Of a stretch of 23,057 nt of DNA, positions 1-8,097 are shown in pieces. The stretch covers positions 17,650 to 40,706 of the forward strand of contig CAYRPF010000007.1 of NCBI GenBank assembly GCA_964426185.1. The letters are read 5' to 3'. Under the pieces are notes generated by a model that did not search any database, had not been told where the DNA came from, and saw only the letters and a list, made by a program, of their open reading frames with translations. Source of the DNA: an uncultured archaeon. Its GTDB lineage: Archaea; Asgardarchaeota; Lokiarchaeia; Sigyniarchaeales; Promethearchaeaceae. The position numbers and the translations under genes are program-made. The stretch's first letter is position 1, and each line of letters begins with the position of its first letter.

Positions 1-259
1 GGTAGAATCATTCTATGGATTTTCAGTGAATATTGATTATGAAATTAGAGGTTAAGTGCATTCATCAAAAAGATTTCAATCTTTTAGAAGTTAATATTTC
101 CATTTGCGATAACATAAAAATAAATATGTAAATTTTCTTCCATTTTTCTAACGGATAAATCAAGAACTCTTTTTAAAAAATTTAGTTATTTTCATTTTAA
201 AATTGAAAATTCAACTAAAGTTGGGCTTGATTTATCAGATTTTTTAAGAGGGACTTAAG

Positions 260-3200
260 ATGTCAAAGCGAAGAAATAAATTTTTCAATATTGGAATTTT
301 GGTCGTTCTGATTATTGTTTCTGTCTCTGGAAGCATTAACCTTCAATACGATGCTAATTCTTCGGAAAACTCAAGCAATTCTCTCAAAAATGACCAAAAT
401 ATTATGAACATTGCAGATAGTAGCAAGCGTTATAATCTTCCTGATTTTATTCTGCCAAAAATTGCCTCTGAAACAGGATACAACGAACGATTGTATGTAG
501 ATATAAATCCTGAAGGATACGTTTATTCGGAATATGGTTTTGGTGGCCCGAATATTCAACTTGCCGGAAAAACCTTGGAGATGATAAAAAATAATTTTCC
601 GGAAGAATTTGCGGCTTTTAGATGGGGCGATTGGTGGTTGGGTTATTCAGACAATCCATGGGATTACAATTCAAGAGTAGAACTCACTTTTGAAACTGCC
701 GACCATGAGCAAGCACGAGGATGGGCAACTTGGATGATGGATTTCGTAAATGCGTTTGTTTACACAAGTTATTATGAAGATGGCATTTCGTCTTGGGATG
801 AGGAATGGGATGGAACGTGGCATACTATAACGAAAGTATCATTTGTAACTCATGTAGAATGGCCATTGGTCATGGAAGACTACAACAGTCTTATACCCCA
901 AGAATATGGTGGTATTGCCGCAACTATTAATATTAGTGGAGCGAATGCGTTGAGAATGTGGATGTGGAAAGGAGGTGATAGAATATATCAATCTTTTGGG
1001 GCATCTTGGCAAAATGAAGTATCTGCATTAGAAGGCGGTTTTCATTATGAGGTTAGGGATTTTATACCATTTACAATTTTGCAACGTTCTCCTTATCAAA
1101 ATTCAGAAGATCCTCTCGAAATAACTTGGAAACTTCCTGAATTATGGAATTTAAACTATTCCGCAGGATGTTGGCATGAATATCATCCAAATGTGGAGGA
1201 ACCTTGGAATAAACATGAGTATTATACAGTTCGTTTGGAGATAAATGAGGGCGATTCATATTCTGAATGCTGGGTGGAATTCGTTACCACATTTCATCCG
1301 TGGGAAACTTTACCTGTTGAAAAGGTCAGGAAAGAAATTAATCCATATGGATATGAATTCACAAGTATACAAGTGCAACATGAAAATGCTTATTTCTATG
1401 ATTTATATCAATATATTCCTATAATGCCAGATTTATTCCATATTTCTTTTAGAATCTCCAAAGCAGATCCGTGGAATAACCGTAATGCTTCAGTAGCTCT
1501 CTTAGATATATATTTTCTTAATCCAGGGAATCACCAAGCAAGTATTAATATTTTAATTAATGATTTACAATCTACCTATAATTGGGCTTTAACGTCAAGT
1601 TATAATTGGTCTGATTGGCTTAATTGGGGTGATTTTTATTCATCTGAATCTGATCATTGGGAAATTAAATTTAATACTTCAGATACTAGTACAAATTGGA
1701 CGCAATATTTGACCGATTCATGGATTTATAGTCAAAGCGAAATGCTTAAGAATTCTAATCTAAATGAACTAGATTCCTTTGTAGAATCTCTTGATTATTA
1801 TCAAAAAATGGGGGGATATTGGATGTCAGATCTAGAATGTTTTTGGAATTCTATTGATGTAATGACAAAAGATCCAATTAAAACTTATTCCGAATTTGAT
1901 CTTAATCCACACACATTTGATTTTGCCTCTCAATTGGGTTGGACTAGATTGAATGTAAGTGTTGGGTTCCATCACAGCGAGTTCTATGCCAGAATTCCAA
2001 TTAGTAATGATTGGGATGGATTTGATATTATCTATCCTGAATATAATAACGGCTATGGATTCAATATGTGGTACCGGTTTGACTGGAATTATTATAATGT
2101 TGAGATGCTCGAATTACAAGCTGAAATCTATAGTAACGATGCATATTATGAAAAAGATGCAACTTCCCATTATGTGAACAATTTTATGATTGATTTTGAC
2201 TATAATTTCCATTCGGACACTGATGATATTATACCACCAGGAGGAGAGTTTGGATGGTATAATCAAACCTTGCAAGAACCAATTTTTTGGGGACATGAAC
2301 AATTCTTGAATAAAGGTTCATACAATGATCAGGAGAGAATAACATTCAATGCTTGGGATAGCACTTGGTTGAATTTCTGGGGTAATGAAATCTATAATGG
2401 AACTGATATTAATGGAGATCCTCAGTTTTATCCCCGTTTTCCGACCAGTGAAATTGTCAATGTAACCTATGACATTTGGTGGGGTGATTTTTCTATTTGG
2501 CATGAAGATTTTCATTGGTTCTATCAAATGGAGTATAATTCCACCCAAAATTATTGGTATCATGATTTGAATACTACAATGATGGCAGATGGATGGTATA
2601 ATTTAGATGCTAATATAGAAGATGCTTCTGGAAATGTAGGATACTCAGTTTCTGGGATTTTTGTGGATAATTTCAATGAATCATATGTAAATCCTGCAAC
2701 TGTTGAATTCTTAGAGCCAACACCTTTAAATGGTAGTGTGGTGAATAACACGGTTACCTTTAAGTTGAATTTAACCGATGATATTGGTGTTTTTGCGGCG
2801 GTTTACACCAAAGACGGCACCGGCTATGTTTTGGATGAAGATAATTACGTGTCTGAGGGAGTCTATGAAATCACATGGGACACTTGGAAAGAAGAAGAAA
2901 ACAGTTGGCATCTCTTTAGTATCACCGTCTGGGATATGGAAGGACATAAAACTATAGTTTATTACAGTTTACAAGTAGATAATCTACATCCCGGCGTAGA
3001 ACCCTTTATTGAGATAATTTCACCTGCCACTTCAGGCGAAAAATTGCAAGGATTTTATACATTTGAAGTTAATATCACTGATGATTGGGGTATTTCTTCC
3101 GTGCAAGGCCGTATTGATGAAAGAGTAGAAGAAGACTTAGTTTTCAATAATATAACTCAATTATGGGAATATACTTATGATATTACTTCCCTTATTCATG

Positions 3201-4393
3201 GTACGCACAATTTTACTGTAAGGGTAATAGATGTTGATGAAGAGCAACACATTAGAGAAGTTTCGATTGATTTCTTTGTAGATAAGCTACCAAAGATCGA
3301 ATTTATCTCACCCTCGGAGAACGGCTTAGTTTTAAGTGGTGAAATCACTTTCACTGTAAATGTCACAGATGACGAAGGAATCCAGTTAGTGCGCGTACAA
3401 TTTGATTCTGAGCCCTTTGAAGCTATGACACTAAATGAAGGGACTGGTTTTTATGAAATAACACGCAATGTTACGATACTGGTTAATGGAACACATACTT
3501 TAACGGTAGAAGCACGAGATATCGATGTGTATCAGAATATTATAACCGAGACTTTGATATTTGAAGTTAATGATTCTGTTACCATCCCATCTGGTGATGA
3601 TCCGATAATAACATGGATTAACCCAACAGCAGAGGGCGAACATTTAGGTGCCGAAATGTTTACTTTCACAATTCGATTAACTGATGACTACGGAATAACA
3701 AGTGTCAAGGCACAAATAGACTCTGGAAATTTCATCGCCATGTCTTATGATTCAACAGACGATGTATGGATTTTTAATTACAATCTACAATCTTTATCGA
3801 TGGGGGCCCATACTATTACTATTGAGGTGATAGATAGTGATCCAACACCAAATATAGTCCAATTCAGCCGAACATTTTATGTTGAAGTAATAACCCCGCC
3901 TGATTATCGGAATGTAGTACCAGGAAATTTCACCAGTGCTGACGATATCTTTACCGATCCGATTGATTTTTCAATTGAAGTTTCAGATGATGATGGAATT
4001 GCCACCGTTAGGATTCAAATATACGAAGTAACTGGAGTTACCCTTACGGATGTGAATTCCCCAGGTGATGTGGATCTTTCCGATGTGCGAATTTTAGATG
4101 GATATCCTATGGACATGGATGAAGGAGCAACTGTAGATGATTGGACTAGATATACTAATACTTGGGATATTTCTCAAGCAAGTTCAGGGTTATATTTGGT
4201 AGAAATCATCATTGCAGATAATAGCGTCTTACAAGGGTCCACGACGGTAAAGATGCTGGTGATCGTTCGAAATTCCAGCATAGCTGAAAATCCGTTCGGT
4301 AATATTCCTGGATTTCCGCTGGAAATTTTCACTATTTTGCTCGGAATTGCGGTAATCTCGCAGTATAAACGCATTAAAAAGGTAAAAACTTAG
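260..4393 (+). CDS. Large secreted, C-terminally anchored cell-surface glycoprotein with tandem Ig-like (Big-type) domains and a PGF/Loki-CTERM-like sorting tail
   Basis: Basic N-terminus plus hydrophobic stretch (MSKRRNKFFNIGILVVLIIVSVSG). At least five ~95-100 aa repeats with a P-x-I-x-(F/I/W)-x-x-P...F(T/E)V(N)xTDDxG(I/V) pattern. Many NxS/T sequons and acidic composition. C-terminus IPGFPLEIFTILLGIAVISQYKRIKKVKT. Confidence 0.85.
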   Translation: MSKRRNKFFNIGILVVLIIVSVSGSINLQYDANSSENSSNSLKNDQNIMNIADSSKRYNLPDFILPKIASETGYNERLYVDINPEGYVYSEYGFGGPNIQLAGKTLEMIKNNFPEEFAAFRWGDWWLGYSDNPWDYNSRVELTFETADHEQARGWATWMMDFVNAFVYTSYYEDGISSWDEEWDGTWHTITKVSFVTHVEWPLVMEDYNSLIPQEYGGIAATINISGANALRMWMWKGGDRIYQSFGASWQNEVSALEGGFHYEVRDFIPFTILQRSPYQNSEDPLEITWKLPELWNLNYSAGCWHEYHPNVEEPWNKHEYYTVRLEINEGDSYSECWVEFVTTFHPWETLPVEKVRKEINPYGYEFTSIQVQHENAYFYDLYQYIPIMPDLFHISFRISKADPWNNRNASVALLDIYFLNPGNHQASINILINDLQSTYNWALTSSYNWSDWLNWGDFYSSESDHWEIKFNTSDTSTNWTQYLTDSWIYSQSEMLKNSNLNELDSFVESLDYYQKMGGYWMSDLECFWNSIDVMTKDPIKTYSEFDLNPHTFDFASQLGWTRLNVSVGFHHSEFYARIPISNDWDGFDIIYPEYNNGYGFNMWYRFDWNYYNVEMLELQAEIYSNDAYYEKDATSHYVNNFMIDFDYNFHSDTDDIIPPGGEFGWYNQTLQEPIFWGHEQFLNKGSYNDQERITFNAWDSTWLNFWGNEIYNGTDINGDPQFYPRFPTSEIVNVTYDIWWGDFSIWHEDFHWFYQMEYNSTQNYWYHDLNTTMMADGWYNLDANIEDASGNVGYSVSGIFVDNFNESYVNPATVEFLEPTPLNGSVVNNTVTFKLNLTDDIGVFAAVYTKDGTGYVLDEDNYVSEGVYEITWDTWKEEENSWHLFSITVWDMEGHKTIVYYSLQVDNLHPGVEPFIEIISPATSGEKLQGFYTFEVNITDDWGISSVQGRIDERVEEDLVFNNITQLWEYTYDITSLIHGTHNFTVRVIDVDEEQHIREVSIDFFVDKLPKIEFISPSENGLVLSGEITFTVNVTDDEGIQLVRVQFDSEPFEAMTLNEGTGFYEITRNVTILVNGTHTLTVEARDIDVYQNIITETLIFEVNDSVTIPSGDDPIITWINPTAEGEHLGAEMFTFTIRLTDDYGITSVKAQIDSGNFIAMSYDSTDDVWIFNYNLQSLSMGAHTITIEVIDSDPTPNIVQFSRTFYVEVITPPDYRNVVPGNFTSADDIFTDPIDFSIEVSDDDGIATVRIQIYEVTGVTLTDVNSPGDVDLSDVRILDGYPMDMDEGATVDDWTRYTNTWDISQASSGLYLVEIIIADNSVLQGSTTVKMLVIVRNSSIAENPFGNIPGFPLEIFTILLGIAVISQYKRIKKVKT
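2693..4270 (+). repeat. Protein-level tandem Ig-like repeats (at least 5 copies) within the surface protein
   Basis: Recurring motifs LTDDIGV, ITDDWGI, VTDDEGI, LTDDYGI, VSDDDGI, and G(T/A)H(N/T)(F/L/I)T(V/I) strands. Confidence 0.8.
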
Positions 4394-4415
4394 AAAATAT
4401 GGAAAAAATCACCAA

Positions 4416-4490
4416 ATTCTTTTTTTTAGTTTATTTATTTATTTTTTTTGTCTCTCTTTTCTTTTTTCGCTTTCTTCTCTTTTCTTCTAT
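4416..4490 (+). terminator. Oligo-T/pyrimidine-rich archaeal terminator region between convergent genes
   Basis: Several T5-T9 runs in an almost purely pyrimidine tract directly after the stop of the surface-protein gene. Confidence 0.55.
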
Positions 4491-5452
4491 TTTAATCGAA
4501 AGAATCGGGTTGAGCCATAAGAAATTTCTTGCACTTGTGGATTGCTTTCCAACTCTGAGATTATTTCTTTCTTTAACTTCTCAATTTCCTCCAAATCTTG
4601 AATGTTTCTCCCATTTAAAAATGTTTCAATATCTTCCTCTCTCATTGGATGTCTCCCTATAATGTCTAAAACGGCATTTATGGGATTATTTTGCAGTGAA
4701 GTAAAACCTCCTACCGGTAAATAATCCATCCGATGAGCACTTAATATTTCACGAGCTTTTATAATATTTTGTTCATCAGGAATTTTTACCCATAATTCTG
4801 CTGGTGGTCTTACCGGAACATTGACAAAAACAATGTTTGGATGGATATCTTTAATTAGAGCGGAAATTTTAGTTAAGTTTTCAATATTATCATTTATCCC
4901 TTTAACCAACATTACTTCTAAATATAAAATTCCTGAAAATTCTTCCCGAAATTTCTTGTAACCTTCATAACGCGCTTTGAAATCAATCGATTTAAGAGGT
5001 CTATTTATTTTTTTGAAGCTTTCAGCATTCCAACTGTCAAAATTGAGAAGCACCACGTCTGCAAGTGTCAATTCTTTTCGAACTTGTTCATCAGCCATAA
5101 GAGAACCATTAGAAATAACTGCTACTGGCTTATTTTGGATTTTTTTAATTTGCTTGATAATTTCACCCAATTCCTCATAAAGAGTGGGCTCTCCGTCTCC
5201 CACAATGGTAATAATATCATATTCGGATTCAGAAACTTGTGTGAGATATTCTTCTAATTCCTGTATTATATCTTGAACTTTAAAGAATAATCTGCGTTTT
5301 TTTGTATATTTTAGGGTTCTTCCAAGCTGACAATAAATACAAGAAAAATTGCACGTCTTCTTTAAAATTGGGCTGATTCCAAGCGATTGACCCAATCTGC
5401 GGGATGGAACAATTCCGAAAACGATCTTTCTCTTGAATTTAGTTTTATTCAT
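4487..5452 (-). CDS. Radical SAM Fe-S protein (COG0731/Tyw1-related group), function unknown
   Basis: CNFSCIYC (CxxxCxxC) motif, N-terminal FGIVPSRRLGQSLGI, GDGEPTLY, ISNGSL, EVMLVKGIND and PVRPPAE, all typical of this subfamily. Confidence 0.85.
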   Translation of the reverse strand: MNKTKFKRKIVFGIVPSRRLGQSLGISPILKKTCNFSCIYCQLGRTLKYTKKRRLFFKVQDIIQELEEYLTQVSESEYDIITIVGDGEPTLYEELGEIIKQIKKIQNKPVAVISNGSLMADEQVRKELTLADVVLLNFDSWNAESFKKINRPLKSIDFKARYEGYKKFREEFSGILYLEVMLVKGINDNIENLTKISALIKDIHPNIVFVNVPVRPPAELWVKIPDEQNIIKAREILSAHRMDYLPVGGFTSLQNNPINAVLDIIGRHPMREEDIETFLNGRNIQDLEEIEKLKKEIISELESNPQVQEISYGSTRFFRLK

Positions 5453-5475
5453 AGATGAAGAATAATATCATCCCG

Positions 5476-5489
5476 CTTAAAATTTTTTC
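5476..5489 (-). promoter_or_regulatory. Putative BRE/TATA promoter for a leaderless radical SAM transcript
   Basis: The minus strand reads gaaaaaa-ttttaag about 24 bp upstream of the ATG at 5452. The AT-rich background weakens the call. Confidence 0.35.
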
Positions 5490-5616
5490 AAATTGAATTA
5501 TGGTTTTCTCGCTAAATTAGTGAGAAGCACATTAACGTGATGATATTTTTCGACCATAACAACAAAAAATTACGTAATGCTAAAAAATTATATATAATGA
5601 ATCCTACTGCAATATT

Positions 5617-6093
5617 ATGAAAATAGCAAAAATCTTCAGCAAAAGCGAAAAGAATTCTGAAAATAATAAAAGTAAATTGAATGCCCCCTTTATTGGGCGA
5701 CAACTGTCTAGATTTAAATTAGGAATGTCTTATTTAACTTTAGCGATGAGTAGCATCACAGCCGTTATGACAACAAAATTTGCCTATGATTCTATTAGTA
5801 TTTGGATCATTCTGGCTGTATTAGTTCCAGTTGCTTTTGTAGGAACCATATTGCTCGGTTATTTTCTGGATAAACTGGATATTTCCACTCAAGATCAACG
5901 AAAAAGCAACGAAATGACCCACCGCTTTTTGCTAACAAGCGATATCAAAAATCAAGAATTTCAACTGCTTCAAACTAAAATGCTGCTGAAAGCGTTACAA
6001 AACATTAAGGAGAACAGAGATATCAATATTAATGAGATCATGCAAGATTATGAGCACTATTTAGAGAAATGGAAATCACCAGAGCAGAAGTAA
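5617..6093 (+). CDS. Hypothetical membrane protein (about two TM segments, soluble helical C-terminus)
   Basis: 158 aa ORF filling the intergenic space, with hydrophobic stretches LGMSYLTLAMSSITAVM and ISIWIILAVLVPVAFVGTILLGYFL. Confidence 0.7.
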   Translation: MKIAKIFSKSEKNSENNKSKLNAPFIGRQLSRFKLGMSYLTLAMSSITAVMTTKFAYDSISIWIILAVLVPVAFVGTILLGYFLDKLDISTQDQRKSNEMTHRFLLTSDIKNQEFQLLQTKMLLKALQNIKENRDININEIMQDYEHYLEKWKSPEQK

Positions 6094-6123
6094 GTTATTT
6101 TATTGATATTATTCTTCATTAAT

Positions 6124-6624
6124 ATGAGTGAAATGAAAATAGAATTTCATCCGATCGGCACCATTCATACACCATACAAAAAAAAAGCACCTTTTCAACC
6201 TAAATCTAATGATAAAGGCACCTTCTACCTCGAAATCCAAGAAAAATACCTAACTGGGCTTCAAGGATTGGAAAAATTCCGTTATATTTATGTATTATTT
6301 TTTCTAGACCGAATTATTCACAAAGAAAACATAAATATCGCTCACCCTCCCTTGGGGGGAGATATTAAAGTAGGTGTTTTTGCTTCACGATCTCCACACC
6401 GTCCGAATCCAATTGGATTATCTATTGTAAAATTGAAAAAAATTGAAGGAAATCGCATTTATACTTCAGGTTTAGATGCATTTGATAATACACCTATATT
6501 GGATATAAAACCGTATATTAATGACTTGGATTCCAAAAAGGATGCTAATTATGGTTGGATTAAATTTAAGAATCTGGATGATAAAGAGCATTTTATGCTT
6601 CATATTAAAGGATTACCTCATTAA
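6124..6624 (+). CDS. tsaA: TrmO/TsaA-family SAM-binding tRNA methyltransferase (single-domain archaeal type)
   Basis: PIGTIHTPY, GLQGLEKFRYIYVLF, GVFASRSPHRPNPIGLSIV, GLDAFDNTPILDIKPY. ATG at 6124 preferred over the TTG at 6103. Confidence 0.9.
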   Translation: MSEMKIEFHPIGTIHTPYKKKAPFQPKSNDKGTFYLEIQEKYLTGLQGLEKFRYIYVLFFLDRIIHKENINIAHPPLGGDIKVGVFASRSPHRPNPIGLSIVKLKKIEGNRIYTSGLDAFDNTPILDIKPYINDLDSKKDANYGWIKFKNLDDKEHFMLHIKGLPH

Positions 6625-6714
6625 ATCGCATTAAGATAGAAATAAAAATTAAAAAAGTCATGAAATTGAAGTTTTATAAATAGAAGATAAATGAAATTGG
6701 TTGAAAATGGTTAA

Positions 6715-7905
6715 TTATTCAATAATTTTTAGTTCTTTTCCAACGCGCTCCATAATTTCTAAGGCATCATCCACATCTTTTTCTGAATGCGTGGCAATAA
6801 TGCTCGTCCGAAGCAATTCGTGGCCGATAGGCACTGCTGGCTCCATATATGGATTGGTATATACTCCTTCATCCAATAATCTTCTCCATAATCTAAAATT
6901 CTTAACTTGTTCACCTACAACTATCGGTACGATAGCAGCTTCGCTGTGTACGGTTTCAAATCCTAAATCTACCAAACCCTTTCGATATCTTTTTAATAAT
7001 CTTCTAACGTTCTCTCTCATATAATCTCCTTTCCGAATTAATTCAGTTGCCTTTATCGCGCTGGCCACCGATGCAGGAGGCATACTGGCACTGAAAAGAA
7101 AACTTCGCGCGGTATGTTTCAAATAATTAATAACCTCCTCGCTACCACTGGCAAAACCCCCAATGCTTGCAAAAGATTTAGAAAATGTGCCTGATAAGAT
7201 ATCTACATTCTCATTTTTAACTTTCAAATGGTTTGGAGTCCCCTCCCCATGTTCACCTAAAACCCCTGTCCCATGTGCATCATCCAGCATTATTTTTACA
7301 TCGTATTGTTTAGCCACTTCTACAATTTCTTTTAATGGAACCATATCGCCTTCGATGCTAAAAACACCTTCGGTAACCAGAAGCTTTCCAGCTCGTGGGG
7401 GTAGTTCTTTTAATTTTGCTTCCAAGTCATGGTAGTCGTTATGTTTATAAACAACAGTTTTTGCTTTTGATAGTCTGCAACCATCTATAATAGAAGCATG
7501 ATTTTTCTCATCGGATATTACAAAATCTTTTGGTCCCGTTAACGCGCCGATTATCCCAGTATTTACTTGAAAACCGGTAGTAAAAGCGATAGTATCTTTA
7601 TATCCGAGAAAATCGGAAAGGTCTTTTTCTAGTTTATTGTGGAGGTCCATAGTCCCATTAAGTAATCGAGATCCAGTGCATCCAGTTCCAAATTGATCAA
7701 TGGCTTCTTTAGCGGCTTGTAACATTTCAGGATGGTTGGTCAATCCCATGTAATTATTACTGCCCAGCATAATCGTTTCTTTGCCTTCTATTATAGTTCG
7801 TGGTCCAATTGTCGCTGAGAATGGAACAAAATAAGGATAAAGACCATATTTCTTAAATCTCTGCGGTTCTTTGAACCGTCTGGCTTTTTTAAATAAATCT
7901 CCCAT
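6715..7905 (-). CDS. PLP-dependent alpha-oxoamine synthase (aminotransferase class II), closest by motifs to bacterial serine palmitoyltransferase; BioF/KBL are alternatives
   Basis: GSNNYMGL, GSRLLNGT, NHASIIDG, EGVFSIEGD, DDAHGTG, PLP-lysine motif GTFSKS (7174-7191), FSASMPP. The family call is secure; substrate specificity is inferred. Confidence 0.85.
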   Translation of the reverse strand: MGDLFKKARRFKEPQRFKKYGLYPYFVPFSATIGPRTIIEGKETIMLGSNNYMGLTNHPEMLQAAKEAIDQFGTGCTGSRLLNGTMDLHNKLEKDLSDFLGYKDTIAFTTGFQVNTGIIGALTGPKDFVISDEKNHASIIDGCRLSKAKTVVYKHNDYHDLEAKLKELPPRAGKLLVTEGVFSIEGDMVPLKEIVEVAKQYDVKIMLDDAHGTGVLGEHGEGTPNHLKVKNENVDILSGTFSKSFASIGGFASGSEEVINYLKHTARSFLFSASMPPASVASAIKATELIRKGDYMRENVRRLLKRYRKGLVDLGFETVHSEAAIVPIVVGEQVKNFRLWRRLLDEGVYTNPYMEPAVPIGHELLRTSIIATHSEKDVDDALEIMERVGKELKIIE

Positions 7906-8097
7906 GATGACATCTACTCAATTTTACTGAGATGTTAAATAACTTTACTTGGTATTTTAAAAATATTTTGTTTCACTTATTCACTAAAGCGGTAATCCCG
8001 AAAATTGAAATAAAAATAACGAAAAATTAAAAAAATATTATGGGAGTTAAATATTAAGTAAAATTTCCGCCTTTTAAGGCTTGGTGTAGTTTTTGTG

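Noticed and set aside
4399-4662. 87 aa Phe/Leu-rich membrane-looking ORF
   Set aside because: It is the translation of the T-rich terminator tract and overlaps the radical SAM gene on the opposite strand.
6715-7905. Assigning the gene symbol bioF, kbl or spt
   Set aside because: Motifs favour SPT, but specificity in this family cannot be established from sequence inspection alone.
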